Origin: Octopus sinensis
Taxonomy: Eukaryota
DNA: 64,000 bases
Direction: 5' to 3'
NCBI RefSeq assembly: GCF_006345805.1
Contig: NC_043012.1
Span: 25,420,001 to 25,484,000 of the forward strand
Part shown: piece after piece, positions 12,176 to 25,248 of the stretch
Layout of the letters: each line of letters begins with the position of its first letter
Numbering within the stretch: position 1 is the first letter of the stretch
Position numbers and translations under genes: made by a program
The notes under the pieces: generated by a model
Database searches by the model: none
What the model was told of the DNA's origin: nothing
What the model saw: the letters and a program-made list of their open reading frames with translations, nothing else

Positions 12176-12344
12176 AATATAGAAGTGAAATATAAAACTT
12201 ATGCCTTGTTACTTGCTGCCTATGAAACAGATAATATTACACATTATGTATTACTTAACATTATCCATCTTTTGAAGATATTAACGGTATTTTGCGATAT
12301 TACTTGTAGAAGTGTTCATATTTTATGACTCATGATATATACAC

Positions 12345-12379
<35 letters not shown>

Positions 12380-12385
12380 ATATAT

Positions 12386-12387
<2 letters not shown>

Positions 12388-12480
<93 letters not shown>
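12388..12480 (+). repeat. (GATA)n microsatellite
   Basis: Direct inspection. Confidence 0.97.
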
Positions 12481-12481
<1 letters not shown>

Positions 12482-12511
12482 AACTTACTTGGAAAAAGAT
12501 GAGTGATATGT

Positions 12512-12660
12512 ACTAGCGGAACCCGTCAATATTTCAAGGAATTAATGGTAAACCTATCGGGTTATTTCTTGAAAACTTTATCCCAAAACCCTGAAAGTGT
12601 AGCTTGTGTTGTGTCTGTATGGAAAGTTGGTCACTCATCTGCTACTCATTGAAAACTGAA
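12512..12660 (-). mobile_element. Helitron-like terminus
   Basis: ACTAGCGGAACCCGTC; the reverse complement ends ...GACGGGTTCCGCTAGT. Confidence 0.35.
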
Positions 12661-12694
12661 AAGAACTGGAATACGATGATTACTTAATGCACGT

Positions 12695-12772
12695 TATATA
12701 TACACTTTATATATACACTTTATATATACACTTTTATATATACACTTTATATATACACTTTATATACTTTAT
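12695..12772 (+). repeat. 13-bp minisatellite (TATATATACACTT), about 6 copies
   Basis: Direct inspection. Confidence 0.9.
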
Positions 12773-12879
12773 GCACGGATTTGTAGACTTAATACACAGC
12801 ACTCATTAAATATTCACTCTTTTTTTTTCCATTTTCCCCCAGAAACAAAAATCCCGTGCATATGATACAACTCTTTTTT

Positions 12880-13083
12880 TTTCTCTTTTACTCTTTTACT
12901 TGTTTCAGTCATTTGACTGCGGCCATGCTGGAGCACCGACCGCCTTTAGTCGAGCAAATCGACCCCGGGACTTATTCTTTTGTAAGCCCAGTACTTATTC
13001 TATCGGTCTCTTTTGCCGAACCGCTAAGTGACGTGGACGTAAACACACCAGCATCGGTTGTCAAGCAATGCTAGGGGGAGCAA

Positions 13084-13168
<85 letters not shown>

Positions 13169-13295
13169 TACGACAGGCATCTTTCTGTTTCCGTCTACCA
13201 AATCCACTCACAAGGCATTGGTCGGCCCGGGGCTATAGGACTGAACACAGAACCATGTGGTTGGTTAGCAAGCTACTTACCACACAGCCACTCCT
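12880..13295 (-). mobile_element. SINE family A, both modules, with a small internal deletion
   Basis: Head, (TA)(CA) tract and second module. Lacks the CCTTGGGCAAG segment present in other copies. Confidence 0.92.
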
Positions 13296-14000
13296 TTAGT
13301 TAAATTGCATATATCCGCCACGAAATAAGCATAAATATTTCACGGAATTGCATTTATGCTCATACGTTGAGTGATAGGTGATATAAAAAAAAATCTTAGT
13401 TCAGTAAATCATCGATACACTTTTCACTATCCCCACATCACCACCACTACCTCCACCACCGCCATCTCAAACAACATCAGCATCACCATCATCATCATCT
13501 CTCTCCCTCTTGTCTTTCCCACCCTCACACTCCCTTACCTCTTCTCTTCCTCCTGCACCTCTCCTCTCTCTCCCTATCTCTCTACTCTCTCTCTGCTTTT
13601 CTTTAACTTCCTCATCAGAATATCACCCCTCTTCTAAATTTATTACGTTCCCCCTACCTCATGTAATGGCCGCTTCTCTCTTTCACCTTTTCACTCTCCT
13701 TCTTTCCCTCTCTCTCTTTCGTTTTTCTCTAACTCTTTTTCTTTTTCTCTCTTTCTGTCCCACTCTTCGCTTAATCCTCTTTTACCCTCTTGTTTCTTTT
13801 CCCATTCTTTCCCTTCAACAAATCACGTGAAAGAGTTACAATTATATTCCTTCTACCTCATGTCATGGACGCTTCTCTCCCTCTCTTTTTCTCCCTCCCA
13901 CTTTTCTATTTCTCCCTCCTTTCTTTCTCCTGTTTCTTTAATCACGAGATAGCGTTACTGTCGGGCAAAGTAATGCAAACGCAAGTAGAATTATTATAAG

Positions 14001-14350
14001 ACTAGCTGGTCCCGTGCCGACAAAATACTTGTAGTATTTTATATATAAATATGGAAAATTTTCCAGTTTTAATATAATTTTTAATATATAATATATTGTT
14101 TGTCGACCGGTTTCACATTCGCCATTCATACGTATTTTCTTAAGAAGAAATACTTTGGTCGATGTTATGTGTAAAATGGATGAGTAAATGATTCAACAAG
14201 TGAAAAAATCTAAGGGGAGGTAACTGGTAAACGTTATTATTAAAGGGAAGGGGAGATAACTGTTCAGCTTTCGGTAGGTAGGGAATATATATATATAGAC
14301 AAAAATTCAAAAACTAGATTAGTGGGGAGGAATATCTACAGTGATGAGTA
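14001..14350 (-). mobile_element. Helitron-like non-autonomous element (right boundary uncertain)
   Basis: ACTAGCTGGTCCCGTGCCGAC; the reverse complement ends GGCACGGGACCAGCTAGT, a CTAG-T terminus. Confidence 0.4.
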
Positions 14351-15056
14351 TGTAATCGTGAATTAAAATATGTAAAGAGATCAAAGCTGGTTATGCCTGC
14401 ATATTTAGACGGGTTCTGTATTTTTCGATGAAAATTTTTTTTTATTTAAATGTTTTTGTAAAAAAAAAGTAATCTTTGCACTGGTAGAAGGGGAAAACTG
14501 TGAAATTTGTCTTGATGCTACCTGCACATTTCTCTGTGTTCACTTAAAGGATTTTGTCTGTATTGCGGGAACCGCATCTGTTCTTTATGTAGAGGGCTTC
14601 TCCATCTCAATGTCATACTCGTCTATCCTATATAGTGAACAACTCTACAAAAAGAGCAGATCCCGTTCTTCGGGGAAATGCCGAAAGGGATGCGGGTAAG
14701 GACGACAGAATCTTACATCCTATAAGTTAGAAAATCTAGCTGCTCCTCATGAGGAATACAGGTCAACGGAATCTTTATGCACGAATAAGAACTAGCATGA
14801 GACACAAATGAAGATGGGAATTGACTGACGTTTTAAGTATATATATATATATAAACGTAGAAAAAAACGCAAAAAAAACAACGCTGGGGCATTGTACATG
14901 CCAAGTATTAGCAGACGCTCAGAGTTGGAAAGAAAGATGGTTTTACGTTTCGAACACAGCTCTTCTTCAGAAATAGGAGACAGAGGAAAGTCCAATAGAA
15001 AAGGAAGACGGAAGGAAAAAAATCGCCGACAATTTACATGTGTTTACATTTTGATC

Positions 15057-15082
<26 letters not shown>

Positions 15083-15090
<8 letters not shown>

Positions 15091-15146
15091 TCAACAATAC
15101 AAGGAATGGCCCTGACAGGCCATTCCTTATATTGTTGAATGTATAT
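15083..15146. repeat. 64-nt hairpin (29-bp arms, 1 mismatch, 6-nt loop)
   Basis: ATATACATTCAACAATACAAGGAATGGCC-ctgaca-GGCCATTCCTTATATTGTTGAATGTATAT. Confidence 0.95.
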
Positions 15147-15544
15147 TATATAGTCTTTGACTATCTTCTCTTTCTCACTAGACCGCTGGTAGCGGAGAAT
15201 TTTTTCTATAATTTTTTGCTACCCTTATATTTATTAATTATATGAAATATAATATATATATGTATATATACATGCATATATGGGTATAGGCCATCACAAA
15301 ACGTTGAACACAATGAGAAACGAAAACATAAAAACAAAAACATAGAAAACAAACATTTGTTCGAACAACGAAAAAAACAAACCGCTGAACGGGACATGCA
15401 ACATAAAAAATATTCCCCTTCATCACTTGTCCCTGTTTCATGTAATCCTCGTTTTCGAAGGCAAGGACAATACGCGACTACTTTGAAACAGTCCCTCCCG
15501 CAAAGAAAATTAAATAAAATTTGGGATTTTCTTTATTTTATTAT

Positions 15545-15686
15545 ATTATTTTCGGCATGTTTTATTGTAGAGGGTGCTCAAGTTGAGCATTTGTTATGAT
15601 TAATTTCAATAACGTGTTATTGAAATCAGTAAGGGTGTATTCTTTTAAAAAGCCAGGGTGGTGCGCGTCTTTTGGGATACCCTGTA
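15545..15686 (+). mobile_element. Tc1/mariner-type 3' end fragment
   Basis: C-terminal EGAQVEHLL* followed by a TIR-like CTTTTGGGATACCCTG-TA. Confidence 0.4.
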
Positions 15687-16500
15687 TATGTATATAAATA
15701 TATGTATATGTATGTATGTATAAAAAATATATATATATGTGTATGTATATATAGCTATAGATATGTTTATATGTATATATAAACATATATTTAACTCGTT
15801 AATAAAAATAAATTAGTATTTTCTAAAACTATAAATCTATATTAATAATAATCTGATATATATATTTTTATAAATATGAAGTGATTTCTATACTCCCCAT
15901 CCCTATATAAGATACTAAAATTTATTAGAATCCTTTGGTAAAAACTATCTAAAGGATATTTATTTAAAATCACAAGCAGAATCATGGCTGTTTAATGGTT
16001 AAGGACATTAGACATTTCTATTCTCCCTACCCCACTAGCTTCAGCCTACAAACTTTAGCTAAAATACATTCAAACGTACCAAAGTTAAATTCCTCATGAT
16101 AAGGTTGGATTTATGGCTCTGTCATTTGAACTACCCCTTCCTCTATCTATAAATAGAAAAATTCTTGATTGTCTCCACTGAACTTAATAAAAAGAAACCC
16201 CTCCCCATTGGTAAATCTAAATAATAAAGTGAACTCAGTGATAAAAGATCTGACCGTGAGGAAAAATCTTCTACTACCATGTCCGTATTGATGAAATTCA
16301 CCTCTCTGTCTATATATCTACCCTCTTCGTAATGTTTGCAAATAGAATAAGTATAAAAATGAACATTGTCAATTTAATTTTTAAAACTTCCTTATGCTCT
16401 ACATTTTAAAACTTATGTAATACATTGTTTAATTAAATGAAGTTGCATGAAACGATTGTACTACACCACCTTTGCATATCCTTGTTGCTTATTTTGATTA

Positions 16501-16589
<89 letters not shown>

Positions 16590-17018
16590 AATATATATAT
16601 AGAGAAAGATAGATAGATAGACAGACAGACAGACTGATAGATAGATAGATAGATATAGGTGTGTGTTTTTGTGTGTTGTGTATGTGTGTATGTTACTATA
16701 GATATGCAGGTGAGACCTGGTCATGAGACGGATCAGTATACTAAGGGCGCCAACGTATTGTCAAAACAGTGTGACTCAAGCATGTAACGTACCAATCTAA
16801 ATATCAATTTCCTCAACTACGACACTCCACTGATATTCAAAGTCCGTTCAGGCTTTCATACTTGACATTTTGGTTAGCGTAACACGCAGTCCAAGATATT
16901 TGGACGGCAGCTGCCATTTAGACCATATAAACCATGTCATTTCCTGTCCTCTGCTTTCAAGAAAGGAGTGTGGATGGCGGCCAATTTCAAATATCCCAGC
17001 CACTTCTCTCTCCCTCCT

Positions 17019-17103
<85 letters not shown>

Positions 17104-17259
17104 CTTTCTGTCTGTCTCTATGTAACCATTTATCTCACTCTCTCTGTCATTGTTTCTGGGCAGACACACACGCGTACACAACGCGCATACACAGACACTC
17201 ACACATATATAGGAACATATGGAGATATAGAAATAACACACACAAATATATATAGATAC

Positions 17260-17290
<31 letters not shown>

Positions 17291-18221
17291 TGAGTGTATT
17301 ATGAATAAGTAACTGTTCGAAATGACAAGGAGAGAGAATGGCAGAGAGAGAGGGGGGAGATAAAAAGGGAGAGAGAGAGGGATACAGAGAGGGAGAGGGA
17401 GACAGAGAAAGAGAAGGAGATAAATACAGACAGATACACAGATACAGTGCGAGAGACAGGGAGAGATTGAATAAGAAAAAAATACAATCTCTTCCATCGA
17501 TATTTGCAATTGAACACAATGATTACGTCCATCGGTCGAACGACTGAAATTTTGGGAAATAAAGTGCAGTGAAAACTACTGCGTAGTATTACTTTTTTGT
17601 ATAGAAAGGTCAAATGTCTGACCTCAATTTCTCACTCTGTTGCATAATATGAATACATGTCTCTCTCTCTCTCTCGTTCTCTCTCTGGTTGTATATATTC
17701 AGGGATGTTATGTTAAATTTAATAATTCCTTTGCGTCATTTTCTTATCTGGCTTTCATGATGAACAGCGAAGTATTGAAAATATTTAAAATACATTACAT
17801 TCATGTAATGAATGTAAACACACACACACACACACACATACACACACATATATACATATAAATATATACGTATGTTTATATAAATTTACATATATACATA
17901 CTTCTAAACACACATAAACATATATATATGATATATATATATATATATATATACTCATATATATATATATTGGTGTATGCTGGTACATATACATATATAC
18001 TTACATATATATACATATATATATTCATGTAGAAGTTTGTGTAATTGTATGTATACCTCATTTACTCTTGCTCTCTCTCTCTATCTCTCTCTATCTATCT
18101 CTCTCTCTCTCTAAAATACACGCACATATACATATACACATATTTTCCCTTATGCATGCATACATACATAATTATACATAGCTCATTAATTTATTTCTGC
18201 TTGTTTAACAATCTCTCTCTC

Positions 18222-18256
<35 letters not shown>

Positions 18257-20084
18257 CTATATATATATATATATATATATATACGATCATCATCTCCCTC
18301 TTTCTGTCTAGGTATGTATATATATATATATATATCTATATATATGTATAGATATATAAAGATAGACTTATTGGTAAATATGTGTGGGTGTGTAAATACA
18401 TATATACATTCATTCATATGTACTCATACATACACAGATACATACACACACCTACACATATATATACATATACAGCATTCTGTGTGCATTGAGCTACGCG
18501 AAGGCGTTAAATACAATAGAAAATTATCGATCTAACGACGAAAAACTATTGAACAATTTGTGAAAATCACATTCTACTGTCAAAGAACAAAAAAAATCAA
18601 TAATTCATTACAAAATCAATTTTGAATGTTTTCACTAATTTAAAATGATTTAATAGATATTTATTGATCACTCGCTCCTGTTTTACAGGTGATCTTTACA
18701 GGAATTAAACTCGTCAACCCATTGAGCGTAAAATTAATGAAACAAAACTGGTAAAACTTATTTCATGTTTGGATTGTTTTATGAATAGTAAATTTGTGAA
18801 TATGACGAAATTATTCAAAATACATTGATATTTATACGTAATAATGTAGTGTACATTCAAACGTTATGTAATCTACGTGCAGACATCTCATAAAATGTAT
18901 TGAGTTATCGCTTAAACGCCACAAAAGGGTTTCATGAATGAATGTGACAAGTGGGTAGAATCAAAAATATCTTTTTGTCATAACTTTTATACTTATTTTG
19001 AATTTAAATAACTACAAAAATTATAATAATGATTAGTCTCTCGCACAATAAATTTTACAATCTCATCATTGAAATGTTCCGTAAAATATTTAATTTCCTT
19101 TGATGATGGCCGTATCCGTGTAAAAATTTTGAAGCATCAATTGATGATGTCTGCCGGTTTAGGCGTAAAATGTTTTGATGCGTATAACATATGTTGATTG
19201 TATTGTTTTATATTGTGAAAGATACAGACTCGGTGTAATTTGGGTTTTATTTTATTGCCAGGACGAAATATATTGCCCCTAGTAATTCACAGGGTATACA
19301 TTGTTCGTTGGAAATAGAAACAAAGCTATTTGAACGAACAACTCTAAGGAGTTCTGGGTTGCTAGAAGGCATCACTAAACAAATACGCCAGTGTGCGATT
19401 TGAACGCTGGTTGATAGAACGAGAAGAAAAAGAATCGTGATGCATCTCGTCTTAATTCATTAAAGAGCTATGATTTGGTAGTGTTTTGATCGATTCTGAA
19501 AAGATAAAATAATAAGGTGAACTCTTCGTGATTTGAACTTACATGACAAACAATCGAAATAACTACAACGATTTAGCACAACTGCCAAGTCGGACCCATG
19601 TGTGTGAAAAATTGTCGAAATGTTATGCAATTTCATTGGAACGATACGTTACATAAAATGAATTGGTAGGTTGTGTAATGAATATTGACATATTTCATTT
19701 TGAAAACTGCGTTCATTCATTTTCTAACATTTGCTGACACACTGAATAAAATCTATTTTAAAGCTGCCGCCATCAACATTGTATCTTATACTATGTGGTA
19801 AAAATGTTAAAACTGTTTGTTTAAACACACACACACACACACATGTATATAAGTTAGGTTATAAATATTCGTCATTCCATAGTTTTTCCTTTATTAGAGT
19901 AAATTTGGCTTAAAGATGTTTCCAGTGGTCATAATAGGTAGTTACTGATAGGTTTAATCACTCGGTCTATTGATCAGATGAGAAAAGTTGAAGGACTTAA
20001 AAAAGAAAATTAATGCTACTTTCTTGTTATAACATAGCAAAACACTGAGGAAATGCTGCGTGAATGTATGGGTACGTACATACA

Positions 20085-20270
20085 TACCAGCCATCGCCAT
20101 GATCGACCGCTAGCCATTAAATCTTTTTTGATTCTCTCTGTTTATTTCATCGTGTTACTTTCTGTTGAAGAGCGTAGGCTCAAACGTAAAAGACTTTCCG
20201 AGCGTTAAACTAATACACCTGTTTGTTGTTTATACACCTGTCTTCATCATTTGTTGTAAATTCCAATGAT
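20085..20270 (+). mobile_element. Penelope-like terminal-repeat fragment (putative)
   Basis: TTGAAGAGCGTAGGCTCAAACGT resembles the GAAGA-hairpin-GAAAC signature of Penelope-type termini. Confidence 0.4.
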
Positions 20271-20365
20271 ATATATATATATATATATATATAATAATAT
20301 TAGGGAGTATGGTTCCAAACTTACAGGGAAAAATTAGATTTATCTCTAATTCATATTTTATATAA

Positions 20366-20399
<34 letters not shown>

Positions 20400-20412
<13 letters not shown>

Positions 20413-20700
20413 CATAAATGGATATCTCTGTCTGTGTGTTTGTGAATCTTTTATTGTAGCGCCTTCGAGGCTATCCAACCGATCTTGATGAAACTTGACA
20501 GGTGTGTGGGTATCATACTCACGCTGTCGCTTATGCCCCTGCAATTTAAAAAAGACAATAATTTTTAATCAGCATCGATTTTTCAAAAAGTCAGTATGAC
20601 ATTTCAATTCAAATTCTCATATGAATGATAATTTCTGCCATAAATTCTAAAGTTTTCTACCGATTTTCTTGAAAATTTATACACATATGGAATATGTGTG
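20400..20700 (+). mobile_element. Helitron/HINE-like fragment (putative)
   Basis: TGTCTGTGTGTTTGTG followed by ACCGATCTTGATGAAACTTG, a motif typical of such elements. Confidence 0.3.
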
Positions 20701-21468
20701 ATGCACGGTTTGAGACAAATACGTTTTTTTTATCTAGGCCATTCAAGCAAAGCGTAAGATGATTTTTAATTAACTGATTAACGAAATTTGGTCTAAATTG
20801 TTGTGCGATTAAAATATTCATGAATTATTTCAGCATTCTCAAGTTGCTGCAACATGTATTTTCTTAACAGCTGCACTCAAAATCATCAATTCTAAACGTT
20901 GCAACGATGTCTGATAACACATGTAACATGTATTTTCTTAACACCTGCACTTAAAATTGTCGGTTCTTACTGTTACAATCAATATTTGATTCTCACGATC
21001 AGTGGAACTATATCCATGAAACGCAGTCGTCAAATTAAGTGCTTGTGCACATAAAATTTTCTCTCGGGTTGCAAGAGAATTTGCTCGAAAATGCTTTTTC
21101 CCTCCTCATAGCATTTTACGACTCTTATGGCCACCGTGTTGTCATATCTGCACTCATTTCTCTAAATAATTTTTTGTTTAATTTTCATACTTTTATGTTC
21201 TTTTTTTTCATACCACTCCTTTACAGTTCCCTTCTTGATGTTTCCATCGATCATGTATCTAATTTGTATACATTTGTATATATAATGCGTACACACACAT
21301 ATATATATAATGTGTATATATGTACACGCATATATATATATGTATTATGTGTGCATTATGTGGTCGGTTGAGCTGAAAATATGCACACCTATGTTAAAAG
21401 TGCTGGCGAGTTTGCATGGGAACTATTTTTTCCTCAAATGAAAGACGTGACCTCTATGACAAAATTCA

Positions 21469-22217
21469 TCTTATAAAATGTGGCCCTATTAGAACCGAAT
21501 GAAATCGGGTTATATTAACCAAAATGTGAAAAGGGGTCTAAATGGGTCTGGAAGGGGATTAAAATTTACAGGAGCGGGTGTTTAGGAATTCTCTGTTACA
21601 TCAAGCTAAAAAATTTGCGCCAGCCTTTGAATCGTCAATGTGTTGCCGTCCATGATGAAGAAGTTTTGAATGCTTGCCATGGTGAGTCTACTGTCGAGAA
21701 TAAGAATCACTTCAAAACTTGTTGTTTAGGAATTTTCTTATACATCAAGTTCAAATTTTTACGCCAGCCACTCCGTTGCTGTCCATCGTAAAGAAATGCC
21801 AGCCATGGTGACCCTACTATCCTCAGATTCTATCCCTTCAAACTTTGGTTTCCAATATTTTTTTTTATATTTATTCAGCTCGCAAATTCGTCTGTCCCTT
21901 TTAAATGTTAGTGTTTTGCTGCCTGCCTTGAAGCAGACCTTTCCGTTGTTACTGCCTGGTATTTATGATTGGTCGTTCAAAATATTTTCTTTCTCAACTT
22001 ACTCAAGATCTTTTGTTTATAAATGGGAAAGAGAGAGATAGAGAACAATAGAGAGTAAGAGAAAGCGAGGGAGAGTCCGAGAGAAAGGAAGACTAAGAGA
22101 GTGAGAAAGTGAGAGAGACAGGAGAGAGAAACAAAAAATGTGGTGATAAAAAACAGAAAGTAAGCAACAGAAAGTAACAACCACACTCCTACCCGCGCGT
22201 AGAGCGGGTCAGTCTTA
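21469..22217 (+). mobile_element. Non-autonomous Helitron, copy 1 of a head-to-tail pair
   Basis: A|TCTTATAAAATG start, shared AAAAGGGGTCTAAATGGG segment, 3' hairpin ACCCGC-GCGTAGA-GCGGGT. Terminal CTAG is not preserved. Confidence 0.7.
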
Positions 22218-23141
22218 TCTATAAAATGAAGAAGGCGAACGTAGATTTGGATTTTTATGTAAAAAGGGGTCTAAATGGGGCTGGAAGGGGATTCAAATTT
22301 ACAGGAGGGGGTAACTTGCGGGGGGAAATTGATTGAGAGACGTTTTGTGGCGCTACAGTGGTTGCTTTGGTGTGAAAACTGGGATTTTATTGATTTTGGG
22401 GGACACTTGGTGGTCCACATCGGACACCTTTTGCCCGATTTCAATCAAATTTTCAACATAGTAAAGTGGAATCGGATTTGTAATTTGAAAGTGGAAATCT
22501 AATTTTTTTAATAAATGGCAGAGAGATAAATGGCGCAGGAGTGGCTGTGTGGTAAGTAGCTTGCTTACCAACCACATGGTTCCGGGTTCAGTCCCACTGC
22601 GTGGCACCTTGGGCAAGTGTCTTCTGCTATAGCCTCGGGCCGACCAATGCCTTGTGAGTGGATTTGGTAGACGGAAACTGAAAGAAGCCTGTCGTATATA
22701 TGTGTATATATATATGTATTTGTGTGTATGTTTCCGTGTCTGTGTTTGTCCCCCTAGCATTGCTTGACAACCGATGCTGGTGTGTTTACGTCCCCGTCAC
22801 TTAGCGGGTCGGCAAAAGCGAACGATAGAATACGTATTGGTCTTACAAAGAATAAGTCCCGGGGTCGATTTGCTCGACTGAAGGCTGTGCTCCAGCCTGG
22901 CCACAGTCAAATGACTGAAACAAGTAAAAGAGAGTAAAAAAGAGAGAGATATAGATAGAGAAAGATAAAGAGTAAGAGAAAGCGAGGGAAAGTCCGAGAG
23001 AAAGGAAGAGTACGAGAATGGGAAAATGAGAAAGGATAGAGAAACAAAGAGGGAGAATGTGGCGATAAGAAACAGAAAGGAAGCAACAGAAAGTAACAAC
23101 CACACCCTCACCCGCACGTAGAGCGGGTCACCTTAAGCTAG
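22218..23141 (+). mobile_element. Non-autonomous Helitron, copy 2, containing a SINE A insertion
   Basis: A|TCTATAAAATG start, 3' hairpin ACCCGC-ACGTAGA-GCGGGT (23110-23128), CTAG|T end. Confidence 0.8.
22532..22940 (+). mobile_element. SINE family A, full length
   Basis: Head GGCGCAGGAGTGGCTGTGTGGTAAG, internal TA/TG tract, second module ending GACTGAAACAAGTAAAAGAG. Confidence 0.95.
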
Positions 23142-23667
23142 TCTATATATATCTATATTTATATTTAAATTTTTATGTGTATATGTGCGTATGTATGCCT
23201 GTATGCTGTACATATGTACGTACGAACGTACGTATGTATGTATGCATGTATGTTTGTTTATATGTATATAATAAAACAAGACAGAACCACATCATTGCGG
23301 CAGTTTTTTCACGTTTTGTTTATTAACTAAACGTTTCTTAATCCACTTATTTCAGTTGTTTATTTAATATACAAACGCGAGTAAATCTTTTTGTAATCTG
23401 CTTTTCATTGTAATATATGTGTATCGATTAGCTTCTAAATTTATTTCCTTATTATTACAGTGTGTTCGTTTCTAGCTGCGTAATTCAACGTTATTCTGCA
23501 CAAAGTTGTGCATAACAATGTATTCTATGAAATTAATTATCATATGCGTGTACTGATTTTTGCGTGAGTGTATTAATACATGCAAACCACGCACATATTA
23601 AGCGACTGCAAAACGTTTAATTCCTCATGGAGTTATGTACGTTTGTCAATAGGCCTGTGTGCGTAAG

Positions 23668-24058
23668 GCGGCGACCTGGCAGAAATGTTAGCAGGCTGGC
23701 GAAATGTTTAGTGGTACTTCGTCCGCCGTTACGTTCTGAGTTCAAATTCCGCCGAGGTCGACTTTGCCTTTCATCCTTTCGTGGGGTCGATTAAATAAGT
23801 ACCAGTTAGGCACTGGGGTCGATATAATCGACTTAATCCGTTTGTCTGTTCTTTTTTGTCCTCCTAGCATTGCTTGATAACCGATGCTGGTGTGTTTACG
23901 TCCCCGTCACTTAGCGGTTCGGCAAAAGAGACCGATAGAATAAGTACTGGGCTTACAAAGAATAAGTCCCGGGGTCGATTTGGTCGACTAAAGGCGGTGC
24001 TCCAGCATGGCCGCAGTCAAATGACTGAAACAAGTAAAAGAGTAAAAGAGTAAAGAGA
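23668..24058 (+). mobile_element. Chimeric SINE: family B 5' part joined to family A second module
   Basis: GGCGGCGACCTGGCAG...TAATCCGTTTGTCTGTT runs directly into TGTCCTCCTAGCATTGCTTGATAACCGATGCTGG. Confidence 0.88.
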
Positions 24059-24861
24059 GGTAATATATATATGCGTACACAATACATACAAACATACATA
24101 CATGTGTGTGTGTATATTTGTGTGAATGCGTACGTAAATGAATGCATATATAAATGATTCCACTCAAAACTACGTCACTCAGTAAAAAAATGACATGCTA
24201 CTGACGATCATAGCTGTGTCATTTACTTGTAACGCAATATTTTTTTTTAAATCTCTGTACTTATTACAAACCTCATACTTCTCTTTGTTCCTAATAATCT
24301 CTGCACTGTAATTAATTTCACGGAAAAAAAAAAACGCTCTATAATCTCTAGCGAAATGTCGATTTAATATTAGATGACTTTACCGAGAAAGAGACAATGA
24401 AAATCACAGAACACAAAGAATTGAAACATAAACAAGCCTATTTATAGCAATTTTAAATGACGTACTCTGATTTCCTATGCTATGTTAACATTACCAATTA
24501 GAAATTGCAGATGTATTGTTGTTTAATGCAAAGTTACATGTCATAAGTGTCATGCATATGCGAAAATTTTGTATATGCAGGATCTTGTTGCTGGTGCTGT
24601 TTAGACCCAGGGCTTTCATCTATTAGACCAGATGTGTGTATGAAAACAGTTTTAATCATGCCATCTCGAAACTTGTATTTTTTCAGATATGACATATATG
24701 GAGAACTGCATCGACTGATGAGTGTTATTTTGGGTTGTAGCGTGGAGAGATTTGAACGCCAGTTCTTGCATGTGGACTTATTATGTAATATTGTCTTCCA
24801 TATCGCTCATAGTTCTCGCAGCAGCAGAAGGTGACCTGTTAATATTCATTAATACAAAGGC

Positions 24862-25075
24862 AGTGGACTGGGAGAATTGTTAGAATACCGGACGAAAGTC
24901 ATTTCGGTATTTCACCCGTCTTTACATTTTGAGTTCAAATTCCGCCGAGGTCGACTTTGCATTTCATCCATCGAGGTCGATAAAATATGTACCAGTTGAA
25001 CACTGGGGTCTATGTAATCGACTTACCCTCTAACCCCCAGATTTCAGGCCTTTTGCTAAAATCTGAAACCAATAT
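24862..25075 (+). mobile_element. SINE family B
   Basis: GAGTTCAAATTCCGCCGAGGTCGACTTTGC plus tail TTTCAGGCCTTTTGC. Confidence 0.88.
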
Positions 25076-25149
25076 TCGTGAATACATTAAAGTTTTTTGA
25101 TAACATTGTTGCAGGAAAGCTAAGTAGAACTGTGAATATCATACTTCGA

Positions 25150-25163
25150 ACACACACACATAC

Positions 25164-25248
<85 letters not shown>

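Noticed and set aside
14550-14695. Possible plus-strand exon (DFVCIAG...KCRKGC)
   Set aside because: One frame is open, but there is no recognisable homology and no supporting neighbours. The Cys-pair frame hits a stop.
22532-22610. tRNA-like sequences at SINE heads (also 47371, 56259, 23668)
   Set aside because: A and B boxes are present, but there is no complete cloverleaf and they continue into SINE bodies. They are not tRNA genes.
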